Below, one piece after another: positions 19,355 through 29,179 of a stretch of DNA of 64,000 nucleotides. How positions within the stretch are numbered: the first letter of the stretch is position 1; each line of letters opens with the position of its first letter. Source of the stretch: Nitrospirota bacterium (GTDB lineage: Bacteria; Nitrospirota; Nitrospiria; SBBL01; JAADHI01); the NCBI GenBank assembly GCA_029261195.1, contig JAJDBU010000059.1:147299-211298 (forward strand). The letters run 5' to 3'. The position numbers and the translations under genes were made by a program. The notes beneath the pieces were generated by a model that did not search any database, was not told the origin of the DNA, and worked only from the letters and a program-made list of their open reading frames with translations.

Positions 19355-19999
19355 CTATTTCTTGAGACTGAAAACCGTAAGCTGGTGAGCTTCGATTTCT
19401 TCACTGTAGGAGACATCATAGGAGCCATCGGCCCATTTTTCAACACCAATGAACTTGTCTTCGTCATCGTTCTCAAAGTCCCAATAATAGTAGCGCTCGC
19501 CTTGAGACTCGTCTCCGTTCCGATAGAATGTCGCCTCATCGGAATCTTCGTAATTATAGGTCTGCCCTTCGAAACGGACTTTCCCTTCTTCATCGTCATC
19601 GATTTGCTTTAAGTCCTTTTTCGACAGACCGATATCACGGAGTTTGACTTTTTTGAGGGTGATCGACAAGGCCAAGTCGTCTCCTTCTTCGAGGTCGATC
19701 CAGACTTTACCGTTAATGGATTCTCCTTCCAGCTCATACCAGGACGATCCCTCGTCTCGATAAAGATGTTTGGCGAGGATGCTGACATCGAACTCTTCCA
19801 TCTCAGCGCCAATGCCGGAGACGTGAATCATCCCTCCTGCGGCGACATTTTCTATGCGAAGGTCATCTTTTGCGTAGGCAGTGGGACGCTGAGTGGAAGC
19901 CTGGGTATTTGAGCCTTCTTCATTCTCAGATGTGCGCTTTTTCAAAAAATAATAGGCCAGACCACCTATGCCGAGCAATAAAAGAATCGTGCCTGTCAT
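19355..19999 (-). CDS. DUF4178-like protein with N-terminal membrane anchor
   Basis: N-terminal TM (ILLLLGIGGLAYYF), then an acidic beta-rich repeat with W/Y-E-L signatures (SSWYELEGE...VWIDLEE; YYYWDFEND...VEKW) typical of DUF4178. Confidence 0.6.
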   Translation of the reverse strand: MTGTILLLLGIGGLAYYFLKKRTSENEEGSNTQASTQRPTAYAKDDLRIENVAAGGMIHVSGIGAEMEEFDVSILAKHLYRDEGSSWYELEGESINGKVWIDLEEGDDLALSITLKKVKLRDIGLSKKDLKQIDDDEEGKVRFEGQTYNYEDSDEATFYRNGDESQGERYYYWDFENDDEDKFIGVEKWADGSYDVSYSEEIEAHQLTVFSLKK

Positions 20000-20025
20000 T
20001 TCCTCACTACCTCTCTGATGTCTGT

Positions 20026-20733
20026 TTATGTAATGCCCATCTTTGCTTTCAGGTCGGCCAGACTGGCATTCCCGCTTGAAGAACCACTACCGGTCAAAGC
20101 GGCGTTGATTTCGTCATCGACACTTTTGTCCACTGCGGCAATTTCACCATAGGATTCGGCAAGGGCCTCATCTTCCTCGACTTTTGACTTCATCTTTTCG
20201 AGCATGGCGATGGTGCCGGAGGAATCCACCTTTGCTAACTGCTCATTGATCTTGCGGGTTGCTGCCGCCGTCTTTGCCCTGGCACGGAGGGTGATGAGGT
20301 CATTCTCGTGGGTTGAAACGGTCGATTTCAGTTTTTCGACATTGCGTTGAAGCTGGGCCGACATTTTGTCCTGCTTCTCATAGTCTGCAATGAGGCGCAC
20401 CGCCTTGTGGCTCGCATCTTCTTTTTTGGACAAGGCATCTGAGGCAAGTCGTTCGGCATCGGCTGCCGGAAGCGAACCCTCCTGCATTTTTTGAAGGAGC
20501 AACATCGCCTTCCGTTCATAATCGGCGGCCAGACGCTTGTTTTCGTCCGCTTCTCGTTTCAGGCGAATCGTCACCCCTTTGACCTCGGCAAGAGAGCGCA
20601 AGGTGTCCTGCATATCTTTTTTAAGATCTCGAATCCCCTGTTCAGTCATCTTGATCGGATTTTCAAACTGGTCAATCACGCTATGGGCCTCTGACTGTCC
20701 CACCTTAAATAAACGCTGAAAAATACCTGCCAT
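20026..20733 (-). CDS. pspA: PspA/IM30-family membrane-stress protein
   Basis: MAGIFQRLFKV...ENPIKMTEQGIRDL N-terminus and long coiled coils, characteristic of PspA/YjfJ/Vipp1. Confidence 0.85.
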   Translation of the reverse strand: MAGIFQRLFKVGQSEAHSVIDQFENPIKMTEQGIRDLKKDMQDTLRSLAEVKGVTIRLKREADENKRLAADYERKAMLLLQKMQEGSLPAADAERLASDALSKKEDASHKAVRLIADYEKQDKMSAQLQRNVEKLKSTVSTHENDLITLRARAKTAAATRKINEQLAKVDSSGTIAMLEKMKSKVEEDEALAESYGEIAAVDKSVDDEINAALTGSGSSSGNASLADLKAKMGIT

Positions 20734-20829
20734 GATTTTTTCTCCTTACACTAATCGCGGTTAATTGTCTTTGCGTAATAAGTAACCTTAGTATGTAAAT
20801 CGCTTTGACAGAAAATCAAGCCACTTCAT

Positions 20830-21225
20830 CTAGTTCTTACTGAACGCAATCAGCTCATTTGCATTTTCTGCCAGGGCGAGACTTAGGGCATTGATTGAAC
20901 CCTCCAGCTCGTTCCGGTCCAGATTTTCCACTTGAAGCGTGTCTCGAAACAGAATGTTAAGCCCCTCCTCGTCCAGCACAAAGGCCCCGTGTACCAAAGT
21001 CCGGTTCAACTGAAGCAGGCGTTTATAAAACGAACTGGTGTCCTGGGGTGTCGACATAATCATCTGTTCGATGATCAAAATCGGATCTTCGCAGTCGATG
21101 ATGAGGTTGTTGATCCCTTTTTCTTCATCGTTGATCACCACCAGTTCCTCACCCTCATCTTCACTCGAAATCGAGAAACCCAAATCCATTAAATACGCTT
21201 TGACTTTTTCAAAATTTCCTGACAT
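20830..21225 (-). CDS. YjfI/YbjN-like (DUF2170-type) small acidic protein
   Basis: 131-aa acidic protein directly upstream of pspA, in the position YjfI holds in the E. coli yjfIJKLMC operon. Its profile resembles a putative sensory-transduction or chaperone fold. Confidence 0.45.
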   Translation of the reverse strand: MSGNFEKVKAYLMDLGFSISSEDEGEELVVINDEEKGINNLIIDCEDPILIIEQMIMSTPQDTSSFYKRLLQLNRTLVHGAFVLDEEGLNILFRDTLQVENLDRNELEGSINALSLALAENANELIAFSKN

Positions 21226-21280
21226 TCCTTTGTTCCTCCCTTCAAAAATAGTTCCACTAGGGGCGTATTGCTATACTCCC

Positions 21281-22318
21281 CTAGGCCTGCCTGGCAAATG
21301 TTGGCCGGTGCTCCGAGATAATCACCAGGCGATCATCTGCTTTAATCGTATATGAAACCGGTGGATTGGATAAAAAATTATTAGTATCCTGCGACTCGAC
21401 GGCAAGGACAATGACATTGTGCTCCTCTTTGAGCGTAGCGAGCACCTCAATAAATCGCCGGCCAACCAAGGATTCCGGCGGCAGAATCTTATAAAGACTG
21501 TTTCCGAAGCGATGACTGACCAGCTCTGTAATAATCCGCGTAATCCCGTGATCAAGCGCTGCCTGAACCAAAAGACTACTGCTCAATTCCCCGATGACGA
21601 TGATTTCATTTGCTCCCGCTCGTTGACAGTGCCGTGTATTTTTCGCGTCGGTCATCTCGACACAGATATAGACATCGGGATTGTGCTCCCGGATCGTCAG
21701 GGTACTGAAAACCACCTTAGCGTCTCTTGAGTAGGAATCAAGTCGATCATCCGAAACAATGAGCACTGCCGAGGCCTCTGCCAAGTTAGCCTTTTCAAGA
21801 TTTTCTTCGTTGACTTCTCCCGATATAAAATAGCACTGCTCCTCTTCGAAAGGTTTTTCACTCAGATCGGCGATTAGGACGATCGCTTTGTCCTCAAGCT
21901 TTCGGTCGGCCCGCATCTCCTCGACAATTTCCTTAACCTCATAGCTCCAGCCGCAGATCAAAAAATGGTCTGTGACGCTGACCTTATTCAGGCCTCTATC
22001 CTCTCTCAGATTTCCCTCCACAAACATACTGGCCACCGTTGCCGTAAACATGCCGAGCAGGCCGATGCCAAAGACCATGACAACTACGCCGGTAATGCGC
22101 CCGCCGACCGTTATCGGAGTGACATCACCGTAACCCACCGTTGTGATCGTGACAAAACTCCACCAAATGGCATCAGTGATTGAAGACATTTTTTCAAAAT
22201 AGTTTAAGCCTGCTGCGCCTAAGAGCAAGATGCCTACGGTCAATATAAACAGACGCCCTATTTTACTCCGAATCATGGAATAAAAGCGATTTTTGATTCG
22301 GCGGCGTTTAGTGGTCAT
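21281..22318 (-). CDS. Two-TM potassium channel with RCK (TrkA-N/TrkA-C) domain
   Basis: Selectivity filter TTVGYGD and a Rossmann-type RCK segment (FLICGWS). Confidence 0.85.
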   Translation of the reverse strand: MTTKRRRIKNRFYSMIRSKIGRLFILTVGILLLGAAGLNYFEKMSSITDAIWWSFVTITTVGYGDVTPITVGGRITGVVVMVFGIGLLGMFTATVASMFVEGNLREDRGLNKVSVTDHFLICGWSYEVKEIVEEMRADRKLEDKAIVLIADLSEKPFEEEQCYFISGEVNEENLEKANLAEASAVLIVSDDRLDSYSRDAKVVFSTLTIREHNPDVYICVEMTDAKNTRHCQRAGANEIIVIGELSSSLLVQAALDHGITRIITELVSHRFGNSLYKILPPESLVGRRFIEVLATLKEEHNVIVLAVESQDTNNFLSNPPVSYTIKADDRLVIISEHRPTFARQA

Positions 22319-22509
22319 TGCTCAGCATGGGATGGCTATGGCTCGGATGGAAAGATACTATCATGGATCATGTTCTAGAGAAACGGCTCGACCTTGTCAA
22401 TATTCCAATCTATTTGTTGAACACAAATGACACATAAAAAAAGAGGGAGCGACAATCGACCCCCTTTTTAGGTAGTTTTATCCCTTTCTTAAGTTCCGGA
22501 CAATCAATC

Positions 22510-22539
22510 TTGACAGCACTCCCGTGCTTATCCTAAAGT
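22510..22539 (+). promoter_or_regulatory. sigma70-like promoter candidate; would give a leaderless or near-leaderless mRNA
   Basis: TTGACA (22510-22515), an 18-nt spacer, then TAAAGT (22534-22539). The ATG at 22548 lies only 8 nt after the -10 box, and no Shine-Dalgarno is present. Confidence 0.35.
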
Positions 22540-22547
22540 GTCGCGCT

Positions 22548-23084
22548 ATGAACATCGTCTACTTTGATCTTGAGACGCAAAAAGGGGCCGACGAAGTCGG
22601 CGGTTGGGGTAATAAACACCTGATGAAGATCTCCTTCGGGGTGACTTATTCCTCTAAGGATGATGTTTATAAAGGTTTTGAGGAAGAAGACATGCCAGCG
22701 CTTGTCTCTGAACTTGTCGGGGCTGACTTGGTGATTGGCTACAACAACATCAACTTCGACAATGCCGTCTTAGCCCCCTACACCGATGTTAATTTGGCTA
22801 AACTGCCCACCTTGGACTTGATGGTCGATCTCCGCAAGATTTTAAAGTTTCGCCCCAAACTCGATACCCTGGCGCAGGCAACACTCCATGTCGGAAAATC
22901 GGCTGATGGTCTGATGGCTCTGACCTGGTTTCGTCAAAAGGAATTTGCAAAGATTGCGCTTTATTGTAAACAAGATGTGCAAGTGACACGCGATCTCCAC
23001 CGCTTTGGCTGTAAGCACAAATTTATTTATTACACCGACAGGATGAATCGCCTAGCTAAAGCCCCTGTAAACTGGTCCAAGTAA
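22548..23084 (+). CDS. RNase H-fold 3'-5' exonuclease-like protein (DEDD type)
   Basis: Exo I-like motif VYFDLET and GYNNINFD (Exo II-like). Standalone domain of about 178 aa. Confidence 0.55.
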   Translation: MNIVYFDLETQKGADEVGGWGNKHLMKISFGVTYSSKDDVYKGFEEEDMPALVSELVGADLVIGYNNINFDNAVLAPYTDVNLAKLPTLDLMVDLRKILKFRPKLDTLAQATLHVGKSADGLMALTWFRQKEFAKIALYCKQDVQVTRDLHRFGCKHKFIYYTDRMNRLAKAPVNWSK

Positions 23085-23105
23085 AATAAACGGGTCACAC
23101 AAAAA

Positions 23106-23885
23106 ATGATCCCTTTTCCCCGTATCGACCCGGTCTTCTTCCGAATCGGCCCGCTTGCTTTTCGCTGGTATGGCATGATGTATGCCATCTCCTTTGTCAG
23201 CGCTCTTTTTCTCATTCGTCGGGTCGCCCTTCGGAAAAAACTCAAGATTACTCAGGAACAGATCTCCGACCTGATGCTTTATGTTGCTCTGGGTGTCATT
23301 CTTGGCGGGCGCATCGGTTATGTGCTCTTCTACAATTTTATGTTTTACCTTGAAAACCCCTCTAAAATCATCGCCGTCTGGGAGGGAGGCATGTCCTTTC
23401 ATGGCGGCATGATCGGAGCGATTGTCGGCGGCATCCTTTATTGTAAAAAACAAAAACTTGTCGTCTATGAAGTTGCCGATGTTGCCATCGTGAGTGTACC
23501 GATTGGTTTGGCGCTCGGGCGGATCGGGAATTTCATCAATGGTGAACTCTTTGGTCGACCGACTGACCTGCCCTGGTGCATGGTTTTTCCGGGGGGAGGG
23601 GAGACCTGCCGGCATCCTTCTCAACTTTATCAGGCTGCACTAGAAGGAGTAACGCTCTTTCTAATCCTCTGGTTTCTTTCAAAAAAGAACTTGGCAAGGG
23701 GCGTCGTCTTCTGGTCTTTTATTTTCTTCTACGGTATTTTTCGATTCATTGCAGAGTTTGCCAGGGAGCCCGATGCCCACATTGGACTCATGGCCGACGT
23801 GCTTTCCAGAGGACAACTCTTAAGTCTGCCCATGGTGTTTTTGGGACTTGTGATGGTTTGGCGGTGTCGCTCGGTCGATCAATAG
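23106..23885 (+). CDS. lgt: Prolipoprotein diacylglyceryl transferase
   Basis: IGPLAFRWYGMMYA, GGRIGYVLFYN, GGMSFHGG, and RIGNFINGEL. Confidence 0.9.
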   Translation: MIPFPRIDPVFFRIGPLAFRWYGMMYAISFVSALFLIRRVALRKKLKITQEQISDLMLYVALGVILGGRIGYVLFYNFMFYLENPSKIIAVWEGGMSFHGGMIGAIVGGILYCKKQKLVVYEVADVAIVSVPIGLALGRIGNFINGELFGRPTDLPWCMVFPGGGETCRHPSQLYQAALEGVTLFLILWFLSKKNLARGVVFWSFIFFYGIFRFIAEFAREPDAHIGLMADVLSRGQLLSLPMVFLGLVMVWRCRSVDQ

Positions 23886-23897
23886 TTATTCCTGAGT

Positions 23898-24632
23898 TTA
23901 ATATTCGACTTTAACAAGGAAGAGACCGTGGGGGGGTGCTGTTAAACCGGCAGCCCGGCGGTCCAAGGCCGCAAGGATGTCGGGCACTTCGTCCGCAGAT
24001 CGTTGTCCGCGTCCGACTTCTACGAGAAAACCCACCATGTTTCTCACCATGTATTGCAAAAATCGGGTAGCCTCCAGGGTGATGGTAATCTGATCACCCT
24101 CTTTTATTATCCTGAGTTGTTTGAGGTCTATCAGGTGGTTCTTTACCTCAGAACCTGCGGCACAAAACGAAGTAAATAGATGTTGACCCCTCAAGGCTAA
24201 AGCCGCCTTGGACATCTGTTCCAAATCAAGCCTCTGCCTCAAGAACCACGCTGTCCGGTGAGTAAAAGCGGAGCGTTGTAATCCATTGTGAATGATATAG
24301 CGGTATTGTTTATTTTTGGCGGTATGTCTTGCATGAAAACTGTCATCGACCTGCTCTGCAGTATTGATGACAATATCAGGAGGGAGAAGCGCATTTAAAG
24401 CCCGGGGCCAATCTTCCGCTTGAAACCGTCCATCCGACAAAAAATGGGCAACTTGTCCAAGGGCATGGACCTTTGCGTCGGTGCGCCCGGCCCCGTATAC
24501 GGTGATGTGTTTTTGTGTCAGCCGGCTTAGTGCGGTCTCCACCTCACCCTGCACGCTTGGAAGCCTTTTCTGTCTCTGCCAACCGTGGTAGTTGCTACCG
24601 TCATAAGCCAAAGTCAGCTTAATGATCGGCAA
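23898..24632 (-). CDS. truA: tRNA pseudouridine(38-40) synthase
   Basis: LAYDGSNYHGWQRQ and the catalytic GAGRTDAKVHA. Confidence 0.9.
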   Translation of the reverse strand: MPIIKLTLAYDGSNYHGWQRQKRLPSVQGEVETALSRLTQKHITVYGAGRTDAKVHALGQVAHFLSDGRFQAEDWPRALNALLPPDIVINTAEQVDDSFHARHTAKNKQYRYIIHNGLQRSAFTHRTAWFLRQRLDLEQMSKAALALRGQHLFTSFCAAGSEVKNHLIDLKQLRIIKEGDQITITLEATRFLQYMVRNMVGFLVEVGRGQRSADEVPDILAALDRRAAGLTAPPHGLFLVKVEY

Positions 24633-24633
24633 C

Positions 24634-25794
24634 TTAGTTTCCGATCATTGAGGACTGGATGTAGGCTGCAAGTCCCTTAAACAGGGCTTCTGCAGCTTGC
24701 TGTCGATAATTTTTGCTCCGAAGCCGTTTCTCTTCACTGTGATTGCTGATAAAACTCAATTCGGCGAGGATTGCGGGCATTTCGGTATGAGAAAGCACAT
24801 AAAAAGGCGCTTTCTTGACACCTAATGCCGGTGTCGGATATTTGGAGATCAATGTTTTTTTTATGGCGTTGTTTGTGAAATGGGCCAGTTCGAGTGAGGC
24901 GTTTTGCGTAAATTCTCTTTCCAGATCATTTAGAATCATCTTCTGCAAATTGCTTGCGGCCTTGTGGGACGCAGCATTTTCCCGCCGTGCAGTGGCCAGC
25001 GCCCTTTTACTGGATGCCCGCCCAAGCAGATAGACCTCAATGCCTTTGAGTCTGCGTGAAGCGGCTGAATTGACATGGACGGAAATAAAAAGATCTGCAT
25101 GGTTTTCATTGGCAATCTGTGTCCGTTTTTTTAGAGAAATAAAGACGTCACTGTTTCGTGTCAAGATCACCTTTTTCTTCAAACGTTTTTCAACCAGCTC
25201 TTTCAGGCGACGAGAGATATCCAGCACGATATCTTTTTCTTTTAAACCCTTGCGGCTTGTCGCACCCGGATCTTTTCCTCCGTGCCCCGGATCGATGACG
25301 ATGGTCTGGATTTCAAATGGATTGGCAGCCGCAACTGGAGGATAAAGGTCAAGTACGAGCCGGTTCGGTTTTTTAAGCAACATGGCTTTATGTGCGCCAA
25401 GGTGTTTGTAAGTGAGTGAAAGTTCAACTTGCCCCTTTCCGTTCTGTTTTGCCTCTATTTTTTTAACCAACTTCCCTTTAACTGTATGGGAAGGCCTCTG
25501 GCTCAAGGACTCTCCAAGGCTTGCCTGACTCAGTTGAAGCACAAGCTTTTTGACCTTGCTGATTCGCTTAACCTGATAAAAAACGGGGTGACTGAGGTCG
25601 ATCACAACCCGGGTCCGTTCCGAACTGTTGGAGGAGCGAATTTTCTTGACCACTGAAACCGGCTTCACTTTGGATGTACGAGCAAAGAGCGTAGGGGGAG
25701 GCTTTTTCAGGGGGAAGGCTTCAGCACTTGCACAAGGAGGGCTGCCAAGGGAAAAAGCAAGGGAGAAAATAAGAACTAAAAGAAGTCGTTTCAT
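24634..25794 (-). CDS. N-acetylmuramoyl-L-alanine amidase with N-terminal AMIN-like domain
   Basis: Signal peptide, then the Amidase_3 core: IVIDPGHGGKDPGA, FISVHVNS, and LAELSFISN. The ATG at 25794 (MKRLLLVL) is preferred. Confidence 0.85.
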   Translation of the reverse strand: MKRLLLVLIFSLAFSLGSPPCASAEAFPLKKPPPTLFARTSKVKPVSVVKKIRSSNSSERTRVVIDLSHPVFYQVKRISKVKKLVLQLSQASLGESLSQRPSHTVKGKLVKKIEAKQNGKGQVELSLTYKHLGAHKAMLLKKPNRLVLDLYPPVAAANPFEIQTIVIDPGHGGKDPGATSRKGLKEKDIVLDISRRLKELVEKRLKKKVILTRNSDVFISLKKRTQIANENHADLFISVHVNSAASRRLKGIEVYLLGRASSKRALATARRENAASHKAASNLQKMILNDLEREFTQNASLELAHFTNNAIKKTLISKYPTPALGVKKAPFYVLSHTEMPAILAELSFISNHSEEKRLRSKNYRQQAAEALFKGLAAYIQSSMIGN

Positions 25795-25870
25795 GAATTT
25801 AGGGCCATAAAATAGCCGCAAATCAACGAAGTTGTCAATTTTAAGATAAACTCAGCATAATGTGGACAAC

Positions 25871-25910
25871 AAAAAAGCCCCCCACCCAAACCGGATGAGG
25901 GGCTTTTTTT
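25871..25910 (-). terminator. Rho-independent terminator after clpC (bidirectional in appearance)
   Basis: AGCCCC...GGGGCT stem with an inner CATCC/GGGTG helix. A/T runs flank it on both sides, giving TTTTTT after the hairpin on the minus strand. Confidence 0.6.
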
Positions 25911-25937
25911 AAAAAGCTATTTTGTTTGAATTTAAGA

Positions 25938-28370
25938 CTAAACCTCGGCTAAGGCCTCTGCTTCGATAAAGTCGGGCGCGTTGTCCTTTAAGGTCGCAAG
26001 TATTGAACAACCTGCCTTGAATCTCCCTTTTAAAATCTGTTCCGATAAAGGGTCTTCTATGTTCCTCTGAACACATCTCCGCATCGGACGGGCACCGTAG
26101 ATGGGGTCATAGCCTTCCTGTACCAGCCAGTGGAGGAGTTCGTCACTGACATCAATACTAATCTTTTTTTCAAGCAGCTTTTCGTTCAACTCCTGGACTA
26201 GAATCAGAATAATCTTTTCAAGGTGCTTCTTTTCTAGAGGATGAAAGACAAGGATGTCATCAATCCGGTTTAAAAACTCCGGATTAAAGGCCTTTTTCAA
26301 CTCGGCTTGAACCGAATCTTTCATTTTTCCGAGGACACTGTAGTCCGAGTCCTCACTCTGGAAACCGAGTGAGCTGGTTTTCCCAAGCATCCGTGTACCG
26401 AGATTGGAGGTCATGATGAGTACCGTGTTTCTAAAATCGACCTTCCGACCCAAGCTATCCGTCAGATAACCGTCATCAAGCACCTGAAGCAGGATGTTAA
26501 ACATATCCGGATGGGCCTTCTCGATTTCATCAAAGAGCACAACAGAGTAAGGTCGTCTTCGGACCTTTTCTGTCAACTGTCCTCCTTCTTCATATCCGAC
26601 ATAACCCGGAGGGGCACCGACCAGCCGCGAGCTTGAAAATTTTTCCATGTATTCCGACATGTCGATGCGGATAAGGGCTTCATCGGTGTCAAAGAGAAAC
26701 TCCGCAAGGGCGCGGGCAAGCTCTGTTTTTCCAACACCGGTTGGACCTAAAAAGATGAAAGAGCCGATCGGTCTGCGATCCCCTTTTAGCCCGGCACGGG
26801 AGCGTCTGATGGCACGGGATATGGCCGTGATGGCCTCTTCCTGCCCGATAATCCGGCGATGTAATTCGTCTTCCATGTGAATCAGTTTCTGCGTCTCCTC
26901 TTCCTCAATCCGGAAGAGGGGAATACCTGTCATCTTTGAAACCACACAGGCGATCTCTTCCCGATTGATCTCAGGACGGTTTTTCTCCTGTTTACTTTTC
27001 CACTCTGTCGTCGTCTCGCCAAGGACGGTTTTGACCCGCTCCTCTTCTTCACGGTAGCGGACGGCTTCTTCAAAATTTTGAAGCCGAATCGCCACTTCCT
27101 TGTCACGGACAATTTTTTTCAATTCCTGCTCAAGGATTCTCAGTTCTTCCGGTCGAGAATAGGCCTTCAATCTTGCCCTGGAGCCTGCTTCATCAATCAC
27201 ATCAATCGCTTTATCGGGCAAGAAGCGGTCTGAGATATAACGGTTGGAAAGCCGAACTGCTTCATCAACCGCCTCATCCGTAATGGTGACCCGGTGGTGG
27301 GACTCATATCGATCTTTCAAGCCTTTAATGATTTGGACGGTTTGAGCCGAGGAGGGAGGCTGGACATGAATCGCCTGAAATCGCCGTTTTAAAGCGGAAT
27401 CCTTTTCGATGTGCTTGCGGTATTCATCAAGGGTTGTTGCGCCGATGCACTGCATTTCGCCACGCGAGAGCGCCGGTTTCATCATGTTCGAAGCATCAAT
27501 GCTGCCTTCGGCCGCACCCGCTCCAACCAGGGTGTGCAACTCGTCAATAAAGATGATGATATTTCCGGAAGTGAGGATCTCCTTCATCACAACCTTGAGC
27601 CGCTCTTCAAACTGTCCACGATATTTTGTGCCTGCGACAAGAGAGCCAAGATCCAAGGAAATCACCCGACGATTAAAGAGGTTTTCAGGAACATCCATTG
27701 CGACGATCTTCTGGGCTAAGCCTTCTACGATGGCTGTTTTCCCAACGCCGGATTCTCCGATCAAAACAGGGTTGTTCTTCGCTCGGCGGCTTAGGATCTG
27801 AAGAACACGTTCAATTTCATCCTGACGACCGATAACCGGGTCAAGGCCCCCTTCACTCGCCATCTTCGTGAGATCACGACCGAACTCATCCAGTGCAGGT
27901 GTACTGCTCTTGCGATCTCGTTCACGCGGTGCCGATTTTCTGAGCAGATTGATGGTCAACTGTCGGGCCGTCAAGAGGTTCCCTCCCAGACTGCGCACCG
28001 TTTTTCCACCGATTCCGTCCTCTTCTCTCAGCACACCCAGTAAGAGATGTTCGCTTCCGATATAATTGTGCCCGAGCAGCTTTGCTTCTTCGACAGCATA
28101 TTCAATGACCTTTTTAACCCTCGGGGTAAATGGGATCTCACCAAAGGTCATTGTGTTGCTGCCGCTCGGAAGGTTTCGCTCGATTTCAAGCCGAATCTGC
28201 TCGACTGAGAGCCCCATCTTTTTAACGACGGCAATCGCAACACCATCTCTTTCCCTCAAGATGGCCAAGACAATATGCTCCGTCCCCAAATAATCATTCT
28301 GGTGCCGTTCTGCTTCTTCCCGGGCCAGAATAATGATCTTTCTTCCCCGATCCGTAAATTTCTCAAACAT
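25938..28370 (-). CDS. clpC: ATP-dependent Clp protease ATP-binding subunit ClpC
   Basis: Clp N repeats ([26 protein letters not shown]), two AAA+ modules ([16 protein letters not shown]), and a UVR-like linker. Confidence 0.9.
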   Translation of the reverse strand: MFEKFTDRGRKIIILAREEAERHQNDYLGTEHIVLAILRERDGVAIAVVKKMGLSVEQIRLEIERNLPSGSNTMTFGEIPFTPRVKKVIEYAVEEAKLLGHNYIGSEHLLLGVLREEDGIGGKTVRSLGGNLLTARQLTINLLRKSAPRERDRKSSTPALDEFGRDLTKMASEGGLDPVIGRQDEIERVLQILSRRAKNNPVLIGESGVGKTAIVEGLAQKIVAMDVPENLFNRRVISLDLGSLVAGTKYRGQFEERLKVVMKEILTSGNIIIFIDELHTLVGAGAAEGSIDASNMMKPALSRGEMQCIGATTLDEYRKHIEKDSALKRRFQAIHVQPPSSAQTVQIIKGLKDRYESHHRVTITDEAVDEAVRLSNRYISDRFLPDKAIDVIDEAGSRARLKAYSRPEELRILEQELKKIVRDKEVAIRLQNFEEAVRYREEEERVKTVLGETTTEWKSKQEKNRPEINREEIACVVSKMTGIPLFRIEEEETQKLIHMEDELHRRIIGQEEAITAISRAIRRSRAGLKGDRRPIGSFIFLGPTGVGKTELARALAEFLFDTDEALIRIDMSEYMEKFSSSRLVGAPPGYVGYEEGGQLTEKVRRRPYSVVLFDEIEKAHPDMFNILLQVLDDGYLTDSLGRKVDFRNTVLIMTSNLGTRMLGKTSSLGFQSEDSDYSVLGKMKDSVQAELKKAFNPEFLNRIDDILVFHPLEKKHLEKIILILVQELNEKLLEKKISIDVSDELLHWLVQEGYDPIYGARPMRRCVQRNIEDPLSEQILKGRFKAGCSILATLKDNAPDFIEAEALAEV

Positions 28371-28476
28371 CCCTATGCACCACCTTTTTTGAGGTTATTT
28401 TTGTGGAAACTGACATCCTGAAATCCCTGCCATAACGCTTCATTTAATTGTATCCACGGCAGATTTGGATGTCAAG

Positions 28477-28518
28477 GTGGATCTAGGACCCGTGTAAGAC
28501 CTGTGGATCTAAGACCCG
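28477..28518. promoter_or_regulatory. Direct-repeat operator candidate in the clpC / mpsC-like divergent region
   Basis: GTGGATCTAGGACCCG (28477-28492) and GTGGATCTAAGACCCG (28503-28518) match at 15/16 with a 26-nt period. A third TAAGACC lies between them. Confidence 0.35.
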
Positions 28519-28531
28519 ATGAAGCTGGCGA

Positions 28532-28561
28532 TTCAAAAAAAGAGGGCCTTTGTGGTATAAA
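28532..28561 (+). promoter_or_regulatory. Extended -10 promoter candidate for the mpsC-like gene
   Basis: TTCAAA (28532-28537), an 18-nt spacer ending in TGG, then TATAAA (28556-28561). GGGAGG Shine-Dalgarno precedes the ATG at 28612. Confidence 0.3.
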
Positions 28562-28611
28562 AGTCTGATGCTCGGAATAGCTTATCATCCAAAAGGGAGG
28601 CCTGAGGTAAT

Positions 28612-29005
28612 ATGCGGAAAACAAAAGGCGAATCGGAGGCTGAAATCAGTAAGGCCTTCATTCACTTTGAAAAAGATTTTATGGGCCGGGGTCCGACGGC
28701 ATGTAAAACCTATAAAAACCTATATATGGATGACATCATTCTCGTCCGCCTAAAAGGCGTTTTGACCCCGGCTGAGCAGCATTTGTCAAAGAATTCGGAA
28801 GGCAGAGAGTTAATCAAAAGGGTGAGGGCCAACCTCATTGAAAATGCCAGAACACTGCTGGCAGAGGTGATTGAAAAGGTGGTTGCCGTGAAGTTTACAA
28901 GCCTCCATACCGACATCAGCACCAAGACCCAAGACTGGCGAACGAGTAATCATCTTCACACTCACTGAAAACCTGGAAGCCCGCTACACGACACTTTCCT
29001 CTTGA
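28612..29005 (+). pseudogene. DUF2294 / MpsC-like protein gene, frameshifted by a 7-bp tandem duplication
   Basis: The N-terminal 105 aa match the MpsC family (EAEISKAFIHFEKDFMGRGP...VRLKGVLTPAEQHL...SLHTDISTKT). The expected continuation GERVIIFTLTENLE is encoded at 28937..29005 in another frame. CCAAGAC is duplicated at 28922-28928 and 28929-28935. Confidence 0.7.
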
Positions 29006-29179
29006 CCTCAGTATTTTGCCCATTGTTTAATATCTTCAGCGGATGACTTTCTGAAATCCCTTATTTAATCAGGGAAGTGGGACAGTCAGCCGCCGCAATA
29101 TATAAACTCGAACTTTTAAATAAAATCGACAAGCCACTATGGATCTCTTGTTATTTGAGGAAGGCCGGAGTGGAAGGTG

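Noticed and set aside
22441-22475. Hairpin-like AGAGGG...CCCCCT plus T-run
   Set aside because: The stem is imperfect. It also lies between divergently transcribed genes, where a terminator has no function.
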